The notes under the pieces are model-generated. The model was not told the DNA's origin and did no database searches. It was given only the letters and a program-made list of their open reading frames with translations. This document shows positions 1 to 13,610 of a stretch of DNA of 64,000 nucleotides, piece after piece. Both the position numbers and the translations under genes were made by a program. Origin of the DNA: the human T2T-CHM13v2.0 reference genome, Homo sapiens; assembly GCF_009914755.1 (NCBI RefSeq), contig NC_060939.1; one strand, written 5' to 3'. Every line of letters begins with the position of its first letter. The first letter of the stretch is position 1.

Positions 1-2515
1 ACACTCAAAAACTAATTAATGCATTTCTAGATAGAAGGTCAAAGAGAAAGTCTCAAAAGAAATTAAAAAAAAACTAAATTGAACCAAATTAAAATGAAAA
101 ACAAGAAATCAAACTAGTGGGATGCAGCTAAAGCAGTCTTGATAGGAAAATGTGTAAGTCTAGATGCATACATTAAGAAAGAAGAAAAGTCTCAAAATAA
201 TCTAATCTCTCACCTCAAGGACTTGAAAATAAAAACGGCAAAATAAACACAAAGAAAACAGAAGGAAGAAAGTAATAAACATGAAAACAGAAAATGAAAC
301 TGGAAAAAAGAAAGGCAATAGAGAAAATCAATGAAACATAGCTGGTTCTTCATAAAAAGTCAATACAATTGACCAAACTTTAGCATGATTGACAATGATA
401 GAAGAGAGAAAACACAAATTACCAATATTAAGAGTGGAACAGGAAATATTATGGCAGATCCTGCAAATATTCAAAGGATAAGGAAATATTTTCCATAATT
501 TTACACACATAACTTTGACAATTTAGTGAAATGGACCAGTTACTAGAAAAACACAAACTTCCAGAACGTACTCAATATATCATAGATAATTTGAATAGTT
601 CTATAATTATTAAGAAAATTAACTGCATAATTAATTAACTCTCAGAAAAGAAATAGTTAGGCGTGGATCAATGACCAAGTGAGGTTTATTCTAAGGATGC
701 AGAATGGTTCAATATTCTGACATCAATCCATGTAAGCCGTCATATTAACAATCTAAAGAAAAACATATTGCACCACTATATCAGTCTGTGCAGGAAAAAG
801 CATTTTATGAAATGCAACACCCTCTCATGATTAAAGGAAACAAATAGACAACTCTCAGATTAGTAGGAACAGAGGGAAAATTTCTCAATTTGAGCTATGA
901 AGAAAAATCTACAGCTAACATTGTACTTGATGATCAATAGGACAGGGCAGAGAACTCATACCCACACAAATAAGCCAAATTAATTTTTGACAAAGGTGCA
1001 AAGGAAATTCAATGGAAGAAAGCCTTTTCAAGAAATGGTGCTAAGGAAATTAGCATACAGAGGCAAAACAGAGAAATGAACTTTTAAATAACCTACATCT
1101 TGTACAAAAATTAACTCAAATGACTCAAGGATTTAAATGTAAAATGTAAAACTATAAAACTTTTAGAAAAAAAAAACAGGCGACATTTGGAATCTAGGGC
1201 TAGGCAAAGAGTTCTTAAACTAGTCACTAAAAACAAGTTTTATAAAAGAAAAAATTGATAAATTGGACTTCCCCAAAATTAAAACCTTTTTTTTCTGTGG
1301 AACAGCTTGTTAAGAGGATGAAAAAACAAGCTTCCGACTGGGAGAAAATATTTGCAAACTGAAAAAAGACTGGTATCTAAAAATATATTAAGTACTCTCA
1401 AAACTCAACAGTAAATAATGATAATCCATTTACAAAATGTGGGGGAAAAAACATGAAGAGATATTTTACCCAAGGGAATATACAGATGGCACATATACAT
1501 ATGAAAAAATGTTCAATTTGATTAGTCTTTGGGGGAATATAAATTAAAATCACAAGATAGCCACTGCACACCTAACAGTATGGCTAAAATTTAAAAACTG
1601 TATACATATGTGTGTGTACATATATATGTAGAAACACACATAATGTACATATGTACACACAATATATGTATATACACAATGAATTATGTATATGTATATA
1701 TGCAAAACCAAAAAATAGTGAAAGGCAAATATATATATATAGTCAAAAGCAAATATATGTATATATTTTGACTATATAGATAGAGAGTCAAAAGCAAATA
1801 CTGGCAATGCTGCAGAGAATCTGGATCACTCATACATTGCCAATGAGAATGTTAGATGTTACAGCCATTCTGGAAAACAGTTTGGCAGTTTCTTAAAAAA
1901 CTAAACATGCTATTAACATGTGGACATGTGCTATTAACAAGTGCTGGATTTATACCAGAGACAGGAAGGCTTATGTTCACACAAAAACCTATACATGAAT
2001 GTTTGTGGCTATTTTATTTATAATAGACCAAAACTGAAAATAACCCAGAATGTTCTTCAATGAGTGAATGGTTAAGCTAACTGTGGTTCATCGATACAAA
2101 GAAGTATTCCTAAGCAATGAAAAGGAATGAATTATTGACACACTCAACCTGGATGAATCTCCAGAGAATTGTGTTGAGTAATTAAAAAAATCTTCAATCT
2201 CAAAAAGTTACATAGTTTATAATTTCCTTTACATAAGATCCTTGAAATGACAATATTATAGAAATGTAGAACAGATAAGGGGAATCAGGGGTTAAGGAAG
2301 GGGTTGAGAGAAGGTAGCTAAGTGTGACTATAAAAGGGTGCCATTATAAACCCTTGTGATGATGAAAATGTTCTCTATTTTGACTGTATCAATGCCATTA
2401 TCCTGGTTATAATATTATATTATAGTTTCCAATATGTTACCATTGGGGGAAACTGGAATAAGGGTGCAAGAGAGCTCTTTGTATCTCAAAATTTTAAAAA
2501 GTTTGGTAAAAAAAA
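1..2515 (+). mobile_element. Old L1 (L1MC-like) ORF2 remnant and 3' UTR, internally deleted, with TA/TATG-rich insert at ~1600-1800
   Basis: L1 ORF2-like text (gggatgcagctaaagcagt; tttttgacaaaggtgcaaagg; gactgggagaaaatatttgcaaa) and L1MC-type 3' end (gttaccattgggggaaactgg). Confidence 0.85.
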
Positions 2516-2828
2516 TAAAATTGTTGATGTTTTCGTTATAAGAGTATGTATTTTTTTACCAGTAGTTCCGTTACTTTCAGTGCTTTTACATGTCTCCCAC
2601 ATGATAGGCTTAATAATGCTGATAAAATGCTTCACATCTCAGCACAAGCACAATGCACATGCTGTAAACTAGAAAGCACAATGGATGCAAATGAAATTGC
2701 TCTTCTGCCAACCCTGCTTTAAGTGACTATCCTTTACTCATACCTCAGGGCTCGGGTTATATGACTTCACAAGATCCACCTCTTTATCAGGTCAAGTGTT
2801 CCTGATACTATTTTAATTATGGGTTTTT

Positions 2829-3135
<307 letters not shown>

Positions 3136-3165
3136 TAATTATGGATTTTTATATGACTTCTTTGC

Positions 3166-3265
3166 TAGAGTGTAAGCTTTTGGAGGGTAGGTTCCATGAT
3201 TGTGTTCTTCATCACTATGTTCCAAATGCCTAGGTCGATGTCTGCCTTAGAAAAGGCAATCAACA
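3166..3265 (+). mobile_element. L2 3' end fragment
   Basis: tagagtgtaagcttttggagggtagg...ttcatcactatgttccaaatgcctagg resembles the L2 3' terminus. Confidence 0.6.
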
Positions 3266-3638
3266 AGAAGACATCCAGTGATGTGCCATGCTATTCTGCA
3301 GAGCATGAGGATGACATGGTGCTGTGGTACCAGCACTTGGGAGTGATCTGTGACAAGTTTGAAAGTTTCAAAGGAAAAAAATTAAATAATGTAGTTCACA
3401 TACGTTTTAAGTTTAAAATGTAAGCTTTATTGTTATTTTAATAGAAATTTTCTTGCCTCATTATTATCAGTTTCTTAAAGATAGTTCTTATCAAACAAAG
3501 AGTGAATTAGTCAGATAATGTTTATTTATATCAATTTACCAAGGTACAACTCATCCCTGCTAACATTTTACAAATCATTAGAAATTTTATTTTCTATGTT
3601 TCATTAACTACGTAGTTTTTAATTTTTGCTAGCATGAC

Positions 3639-4029
3639 TATATTAGGTTGTTCTTGCATTGCTGTAAACACCCGGGGCCGTATAATTTATAAAGAAAAGA
3701 GGCTTAATTAGCTGATAGTTGTGCAGGCTGTACAAGCATGGCGTCAGCTTTGCTAAGCCTTTGGGGGCCTCAGGGAGCTTTTACTCATGGCAGAAGGCCA
3801 AGTAGGAGCAGGAATAGAGCAGGAATGTCACATGGCAAAAGCAGGAGCAAAGGGGCGCCATATACTTAAACAAACAAATCTTGCAAGAACTCACTATCGC
3901 GAGGACGGTATCAAGCCATGGGGAATCTGTCCCCATGATCCAATCACCTCTTACCAGGCCCCACGTTCAACACTGGGGATTACATTTCAACATGAGATTT
4001 GGACAAGGGCAAACATCCGAACTATATCA
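3639..4029 (-). mobile_element. MSTA-type MaLR solo LTR
   Basis: Typical MST text (cttttactcatggcagaagg; gggattacatttcaacatgagatttgg); 5-bp TSD ATGAC at 3634-3638 and 4030-4034. Confidence 0.9.
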
Positions 4030-4464
4030 ATGACTATACTGCTTTGTATCTTCAATTGCCCAAAATAGATATTTGGCTAGTTCATTGAGCTGTCAAAAGT
4101 AGTGCACTATTACAACCTAGAATATTAGCATCAATAGAAACAATGCCGACGTCTCCAGTGTGAATACATATTGTGAACCTCCATGTACTGTTACAATTGA
4201 ATTTGGCCTGGTGGCCAAAAAGAAGTGTAATTAGAAGCATGACAATGAATATCTGAGAATTGAATTTTACAGTACATATTAACCTTTCACTGGTCCCCAG
4301 ACTGTTAACTAGTGTCAAGTTCAGTCAAAGACTAACAAGAAACAGGAGCTTTGTGTTCTTACAAAACATAATCTATCACCTTTATGATAAGCCAATTTAG
4401 TTCTGTTTTTTTTTTCTCCCTAAAATGAGCACAAAATACCTGTCATGCTTTTTAGTAAAAATAA

Positions 4465-4901
<437 letters not shown>

Positions 4902-5411
4902 AATAAAATTATTTTATCAAGTAATATTATCGTTGTGTAGGTAACACTGATCGTAAGGTGGGAGCTGCAGTTGTATGACGAGGGTGTTCTTGCAGCTCTG
5001 GCATGGGTATACATAACTTACCTGGAGCCAAAAGAAAAAACTTTATTCTCTCACACCTTCCCTCCATTATTCTTCACCCTTTCAAACTCACACAGTGGGG
5101 CTTGCCATTTCCTGGCCCCTGAATTGAAAGCTAATTTGAGTCCTATGATTTTCAGACTTGAAAAACATCCTTTAATCTTTAAGATTTAAATAATCTCTGT
5201 TCAGGAATTAAATGCCTAGTCAATAAGCAAAAACACATCTCAAGTAAGCTCCTTCTCTCCCCTTGGTTTGAGTCAGCTTTGATAGTTTCGCATAGAACCC
5301 ATGAAAAGTGGCCACCACCTTCTTTATTCCCTTGATGAGTTTTTCTTCCCCTCCCTCATCATTGTGAGCCAAGGCTGTGTTTTCCTCTTGACTGGGGTCA
5401 GTATGATTTGC

Positions 5412-5456
5412 TTTCCTCTGGCCATGTTGGATTGGTTTCCTCTGGCCATGGTGGAT
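5412..5456. repeat. Short tandem duplication, period 24
   Basis: tttcctctggccatg(t/g)tggat at 5412-5432 and 5436-5456. Confidence 0.8.
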
Positions 5457-7689
5457 ATCTTGAGCTAACTTTGTTTGGTCTCTAATGGTAGATAAATTCT
5501 CCTTCTTTGGGGCCTAGTAAGGATTCTACCATTAGCCCCCACGAGACCTTAGAGTCTACTTCTCATGATGGGAACAATTTAGTTTCTTCCAAAAAGTCAC
5601 TCACGTATCTATCAGCTATGCTGTGTTTCATCCTATGTTAGTTCAATATTTCCTCCAGGCAGTTCATCTGGGAAAAATTAATATGTCTCCAGGCTGCTCC
5701 CTCTCCCTGACCTTGTCCCTATCTAGACTGTAAGAAAACCCTCACTGATTCTGGTGGCTTCATGAGTGTAAGTGCAACAGGCTTCTAACATGGGCCATTT
5801 AGTTCCCCTTCTTTCTCCTTTGGCCAGTAATGACAGACTTTCCTACCTAGATTTTCCACTTGGTTAATATATACTTAGCCTCCTGTTTTTAAATGTTGTC
5901 CACTATGTGCCACCTTAGCCTTCCAAACTTTAAGAATTATATACTAGAATTCTCTAAGTAATCTCTATGAAGCCTACCTCAACGGATTTAAGATAAGGAG
6001 AAGTATTTCATTCTTCTGCCCTTTAGGAAAAGTAGTGAAAAAAACAGGCTGTAGCATTAAAAAAATTCTCAAAGAAATCCTCCAATTTCTATCTTAGATT
6101 TTATAGTCTGGAGGTAGGTGATAGGAGAAGGTTGCAAAACAAGTTTTTATATATACTCTTTGCAAAGATTGCCTAATTTTTTTTTAGGGAATATGGATTT
6201 GATGGATGCTATTTTTAGGGATGGGTAAGAGGGGACTCCGAGAAATTGAGACAAAAACCTCAATTTTAATACTGTGTTATATATAGTGCATATAAGAAAG
6301 AAGAGTGCTTGATGAAGTTTTGTTTATTGTTGACAAGCTGTGCTCCAGAAGATGTGAGTATTTAATTAATTATTGATCATTGGGCATAAGGTGAAGTAAG
6401 ATTAGAAAAGTCACATTGGAACCAGGGACAACAGACCACCCTCTAAGTGTGCAGCAATAAACACCATTGTTATAGGAATAAAGTAGGTTGTAGGAGGACA
6501 ACAGAGAATAGTTGGCCAACAAGTTTACCCCAATGTGCATTCAGTATTAAGAAGTTCTATAGAAAGTTGTTACTATGATAATATTGAGGCCAGCCTCTTC
6601 AGTGTCCTGGAGGAAGAAATTATTAGTGAAGCCAAGAATCTCATTTTCCAAAGAAAACAATATTTCATCCATGCTAATGAAACTTTATCATTTGGGTTTA
6701 TTAACTGTAAAATTATATACAAAAGCTTTTTTCATGAGATGGATAAAGCCAGAAGACTCTTTTTATGACTTCAAAAGATACATCTTAGTTACTCATTATT
6801 TTGAATTACCTGAACCTAATTATATGGTATTCATATAATGATTATTATTTTTGAAAAGAAAAAGCATTAACATTTTTAAGGGGGCTCAATATTTTTCATT
6901 TTAACAAAAATGAACTGATGATATATTATTGAGGCTATTAAAAGTACTTTAAATTCTGTACTACACATGAAGAAACATTTTTCAAGGCTGAGTACAACCA
7001 AGAGAGGATTAAGAATCCAATGCAGCCATCTCCCATTCCAGCTTTTGAATGTCAGGTGAGATTGAACATGGCATCTGATGTTGTGCTAAAAGGAGTCTTC
7101 TGGGAGAAACATCTTTATAATTCAGGGCACATATTAGATCCAAATATACGGAATTGTCTGACAGATGCCACCAAACAGTTGCTGCCATTACTGATAATCT
7201 GTAATTGTGACTTAAAATATTTTCCAGTTTAGTAAAAAGAAAAAGAAAATAAACTGATAAGCAAACATATGATAGTTGATCCAGCTGTAGTTTAGACAAC
7301 AAAATAGTTTCCATAGCTTTGAGACTATTTATTTCGCTTTCTTTGTTCTACGTAAGAAGATTTCAAATGTTTAACTATTGTTACTAAATGGGTTATCATG
7401 CCTTTTACTTTATATAATTTCCTAAGGTTTGTGATCATTGCTAAATACCCATTACATGACATGAGCACCAAGATCACCATTGGTGCCCTTCCCCATATTT
7501 GTACACCTATCTCCCAGCACTCTGTGCAATGTGTAATTGTGCAAAATCTGTGTCAGATCCAAAGAAGCAGAGACAGTGATTTACTCTTCAGCCCCTGACC
7601 ATAATCATGCTTTCTGCAAAGATCTCCTCAATATATTTAAAGTTTCATCAGCATGGATGAAATATTGCCATCTTTGGCCTCAGTTAATC

Positions 7690-7830
7690 CTTTCACAAAT
7701 CTTATGTCATAGATTGAGTAAGTATTCCTGTACTACAAATGGAGAAATTGGGGGTGGGAGAAACTGAATGACTTGCTGCTGTCTATACAGCAAATTATAA
7801 CTGAAATTAGGCCTGACACCTATCGCTCCT
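7690..7830 (-). mobile_element. MIR fragment
   Basis: tacaaatggagaaattggggg...tgaatgacttgc resembles the reverse MIR core. Confidence 0.5.
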
Positions 7831-7934
7831 GTGGCTTATACTTTATCACCAATACATTGAGAACCACAAAGATCCTTGGCTCTGAGAGTGAATGAGTCTT
7901 AGCATGGTAAGGAATGTGAAAAAGTGCAAAAGTA

Positions 7935-8960
7935 TAACACATTTTAAAAAATCATCTTCATTCTTTAAGAATTTGAACTTACTGCCCATCATGTTCATAA
8001 GCCTCCCCTCCCCAGCTTTTTTTCAATAAACTACATAAAATTAATCTATAGTTTTAAAGTTAGGAGTTTCATCTGGGGCACCAAATATCAATTGTACATA
8101 ATTCACAAAACAATTAGTGTCTATAAATGTATATATACGTATATATATTATTTTAAAATAAAACAATAGGAAATTATTGAGTTCATTTAAAAAAAAACTG
8201 GCCAGATTCCTCACATTCATCAGAATGGCCACTGCCAGAAAGAGCATAAAACAATTGTTGGTGTGGATGTGGAGAAATTGAAATGCTTCTGTACTGTTGG
8301 TGGGTGCCATGGACTGAATTATATTTCCCCAAATTTGCACATTTAATCTCTAACCCTCAATGTGGCTGCATTTGCAGATAGGGCTATCAGGAGATAGTAA
8401 ATTTAAATGAGGTCTTAAGGATGGGCCCCTAATTCTATATAGAATTTGTGGCCATAGAAGAAGAAAACAAGAGTCTCTTTCTCTTTCTCTTTCTCTCTGC
8501 ATCATGTAAAGACATAGTGAGAAGATGGCTGTCTGCAAGCCAGGAGGAGAGCCCTCACCATAAAAGGAACAGGTGAACACCTTAATCTTAGACTCTTCAG
8601 CCTCTAGAACAGTGAGAAGATAAATTTCTGTTGTTTAATCCACCCATTCTCTGGTATTTGTTATGGCAGCCTGATCTGGCTGATAGAGTAGGAATTTAAA
8701 ATCTAACACATTTTAAAATATCTTCATTCTTTAAGAATTTGAACTTGTCCATCATGTTCGTAAGCCTCCCCTCTCCTCCTTTTTTTCAATAAACTACATA
8801 AAATTAATCTGTAGTTTTAAAGTTAGCGTTTCATCTGGGTCACCAAATGTCAGTTGTACATAATTCACAAAACAATTAGTCTCTATAAATGATACGTAAA
8901 AATATTATTTTAATAATGAAAGAATGGGAAATTATCATTTGAAAAACTAGCCAGATTCCT
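7935..8960 (+). repeat. Local direct duplication: 7935-8211 and 8704-8960
   Basis: Copies align over ~260 bp at roughly 90% by eye (taacacattttaaaa...ccagattcct). Confidence 0.95.
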
Positions 8961-9564
8961 AGTGGTACAGTCACTATGGAAAGCAGTTCAACAGCTCCTC
9001 AAATAATTAAAAATAGAATTACCATATAATCCAGCAATTCTCCTTGTTGGTATATGCCCAAAAGAATTGAAAACAGGGTCCCAAAGCGATATTTGCACAC
9101 CCATGTTCATAGAAGTAGTATTTATAATAGCCAAAAGGTGGGAATCACCCAAGTGTCCGTGGACAAATGAGTGGATAAACAAAAAGGTGGCACATACCTA
9201 CAGCTGAATATTATTCAGCCTTAAAAATGAAGGAACTTTTGATGCGTGTTATCACATGGGTGAACCTGAAGGCATTATGCTAAGTGAAATATACCAGTCA
9301 CAAAAAGACCAATATCATATGATTCCACTTATGTGAAGTATCTGGAGTAGTAAAATTTATAGAGACAGAAAAGAATGGGTGATCCCAGAGGCTGGAAGAA
9401 AATGGAAGTAGGAGGTTATTGTTTAACGAGTACAGAATTTCAATTTTCCAGGTGAAAATGTTCTGGAGATTGCACTACAATGTGAACATGTTTAATATGA
9501 CTGAATTGTACACTTAAAATGTAAATGTTATGTTATATATATGTTACTTAAATTTAAAAAAAAA
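8212..9564 (+). mobile_element. 5'-truncated L1MB-like 3' end, interrupted by an MLT1 LTR and by the duplicated segment
   Basis: ggatgtggagaaattg...gttggtggg|aatttaaaat|tggtacagtcactatggaaa...gatatttgcacacccatgttcatag; A tail ~9556-9564. Confidence 0.85.
8305..8687 (+). mobile_element. MLT1A/B-type MaLR solo LTR
   Basis: tgccatggactgaatt...gagaagatggctgtctgcaagccagg...tttgttatggcagcc; TSD GTGGG/GTAGG. Confidence 0.85.
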
Positions 9565-10787
9565 TTAATTGAGCAGATCTACAGTTGAGATCTGCCGTGA
9601 GCATGGCCCTTTGCAGTACTGAGCACTTTTCTAACATTCAGAACCACCAATTCTTAACCACAGTTGATCACGATTGCAAAGGTCCTGTAAGTTTATACGT
9701 TTATCTACATTTAGATTCCAAATGTTCTCAAATAATGGCTTTAGCTCCCTATATTTTGCTTGTGTAGGACAATTGTGTTTATTCTTCACTTTGATGGAAA
9801 GGGGAGTTAGAGGAAGAAAATAATGGGAAGCCTCTCCACCAGGAAATTAAATGCTGCCTTCTGCATTATTTGTGGATCTGAGATCCTTGGGCTTATATTA
9901 TGGCATATGTTTTTAATATGTGTACATCAGCAGACACTTTATTCTTTGTATTTTTCGTGCTGGAGATTTCAAAGCACTTTGTGAATAACAATTTCCTGAG
10001 ATGTAAGCTTCTGGAAGCTAATTTTTTTTTTGTCGTGTCTGAGAAGAGAACATGAGCTTTATCTTGAAAAGTGTAGGGGAATGTTGAAAAGAAAGTTTAT
10101 CTGTGTGTCGGTGCAGGTTGTGGAGTGTGAGGTGTGAGGGAAAGACACAGGAAAGGAAGGTCCCCCTTCGGCCTCTTGAGGTGAAGTTTATGAAAACAAT
10201 ATAATAATAATTATGCTATTTATAATGGGATTTAATCATGATAACTCATTATTGCCTCCCTTGAATAAATTAAAGATCCAAAGAGCATACAACCATGGTA
10301 ACATTGAACCCTTGTTAAGAATTGGGACTTGTGAATGTGGGTGAGGAACAAAAAGGAGAAAAATAGTTTCAGTTTCTGACACTGAACAACTTCCAATGTG
10401 TATTAATGTTCTGTTGCTGTGTAATAAATCACCAAGAATGTAGCAGTTTAAAACAACAAAAATTAGGTAGTGAGCCTGGCTTCTGCCTTCCAGCAGAAGA
10501 CCAGTGTGGTTTAATGTCACAAACTCTGCATGGACTCTCCTCAGCTGCCAATGTCTGCAGCAAACACATCATACCTCATAGTCTCCAACTTCAGCTGAGC
10601 CTCAGTGTCACTTGCTAGTTCTTTTAAGACTCCAGTGGCCTCATATTGGCCAGGATTTCTTACATCATCGACTCTGGTCAAGAGCTCCTCCTCTGTGCCT
10701 CATGGCACCTGGAGCATACAGCTCCCATCGCTTACCATTTTGAAATGACACCTTATCTAGAGATGTCCCTCTCTCCTTGAATAGATA

Positions 10788-11290
10788 GTGTGGTAGGCAG
10801 TATTCTAAAACAGTCTCCAGGATCCCTATCCCCTCCTATGCATGCCTTGTCTTAGTTCCTCCTTGTAAGTGTGAGTGAAACCTTTAAATTAGATGGGACA
10901 TCACTGTGATTATGTGACCTTACATGGCACATGGGGATATAGCAAATATAATTAAGGTCGCTAATCAGTTGGCTTTGAGTTAATCAGTAGAGAAATTATC
11001 TGCTGAGCCTGACCTCATCACCAAGCCCTTAAAAGAGGCAGGGCCTTTTTGAAGTGAGAGAAATTCCACAGGAGGGATGGAAGAGCTGGTTTTGAAAATG
11101 GAAGCATCTTTATCACCTGAACTTAAGAACTGCCTATAGGGGTTGAGAGAGTCCTTGGTCAAGAAACAGGACCTCAGGTCAACAGCCACAAGGAGATGAA
11201 TTCTGCCAACAACCAACCAGTGAGCTTGGAAGGTGATGTCGAGATGGGATTAGAAGCACAGCCAGCCCACAACTTTGTCAGACCCTGCTG
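10788..11290 (+). mobile_element. MLT1E/F-type MaLR LTR
   Basis: tgtggtaggcagtattctaa; aattctgccaacaacc...gtgagcttggaag. Confidence 0.75.
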
Positions 11291-11303
11291 GAAGGCCAAG
11301 GTC

Positions 11304-12160
<857 letters not shown>

Positions 12161-12621
12161 GCAGAAGTAGAAGGTAGAGAGCATGAGGCCATGGATAATG
12201 CCGGTTTGATGATATTTGGGATATTATCCATAGAGTTCTAGGTTAAGCACAGAAAGGAAAAGACGCCAGGAATGTCCTGAGAGTAGAAGTGCAGGGATCA
12301 GGCACTAGAAGTCTTGGTAAAGTTGAAAAGTAAGTGGAGTGTGGTGTATAGAGTGAGAAAGGGCCGAAAAGCCAGGAAGTAGTGATCTAAGATTGAAATG
12401 TGAGTCTGACATTTTTGTGGCTGTGGTAAAGGAGGCTGAGGTGTTATAAAAAGCAAATAATTCTGTATTGGGGGCAGTGAAGTTGCCATGAAGATGAGTA
12501 TCCACAGAGGCTGGTCTTCACACCTTCTTCGTTCTCCTCCTGAACAACAAACCTCTCTCACCCAGATCACCGCAGAAAGTCACGGGAAAACAGAGTCACA
12601 GTGTTTTAATAACATTACTGT

Positions 12622-12915
12622 GGCCAGGCACGGTGGCTCATTCCTGTAATCACAGCACTTTGGGAGGCCGAGGCGGGTGGATCACGAGGTCAGGAGTTCA
12701 AGACCAGCCTGGCCAAGATGGTGAAACCCTGTCTCTACTAAAAACACAAAAATTAGCCGGGCGTGGTGGCAGGCACCTGTAATCCCAGCTACTCAGGAGG
12801 CTGAGGCAGAAAATTGCTTGAACCCAGGAGGCGGAGGTTGCAGTGAGCCAAGATTGTGCCACTGCACTGCAGCCTGGGCAATAGAGCGACACTCCATCTC
12901 TCAAAAAAAAAAAAA
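12622..12915 (+). mobile_element. AluSg-like
   Basis: ggatcacgaggtcaggagttcaagaccagcctggccaagatgg; A tail; no clear TSD. Confidence 0.95.
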
Positions 12916-13544
12916 GAATGCAGCCATGTTGTTGAGAAAGTGTCACTGAGAATGTCCCTTTTTATTTCGTAAATGCATGAGTTGCTTGTTTCCCAGTAGC
13001 TTCCTATGAGACATAGAATTTTCAACTGGATATTTTTATGATAAGAAGAAGGTAGTGGAGGAAAGAAAATAGTGATAGGGGCCCTGGAGCATTTGAATGC
13101 CATCTGGATTCCTAAGTGTAACCTTGTGGTGAAACTTTTCTGATTAATGTAAGAAACCAGTAGGGACCCACTAGCAGTCTCTGGTCTTCCAGATGGTTAG
13201 TTTCACGGCCTCTCCTAATGCTGTGGCTGAATTCTTGGTAAATTCTAAGTATCAAATTGTTTTTGGAGTTTCAATATAGATGTAGTCATGCACAACTTGG
13301 ATTTTTTTTAAAAATGACCTGTTTACCTGTTGCATGGAGATTCTCAGTGCTAAACTTTTCTGGGTCTCTGTTCTGCTAAATGATAGTGTTTCTGTAGAGG
13401 AAAACAAAATCCCATTCACGATTTTAATGAAAGTAAATTTCTGGTATTCAGGTGATGAAAAATTTCAATTCAGGAAAAATGTACATTTATGTATTTGTAT
13501 TATCAAAACATCATTCAAAAACAGGTTTAAAAAGCATGTATTCT

Positions 13545-13610
13545 TGTAACCAGTGTAACGAACCTGCACGTTCTGCACATGTATCCCAGAACTTGAAGTA
13601 AAATAATAAC
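13545..13610 (+). mobile_element. Extremely 5'-truncated L1PA 3' terminus
   Basis: aacctgcacgttctgcacatgtatcccagaactt plus A-rich tail; TSD aaaaagcatgtattct / aagaagtatgtgttct (13/16). Confidence 0.8.

Noticed and set aside
4930-6050. Strand-asymmetric stretch that might be decayed ERV internal sequence
   Set aside because: I could not recognise gag/pol motifs or a repeat family by eye, so it is left unannotated.
7020-7232. ORF containing HILDP, reminiscent of the hAT transposase LDPR motif
   Set aside because: A single short motif, with no other transposase motifs or TIRs recognised; needs an HMM search.
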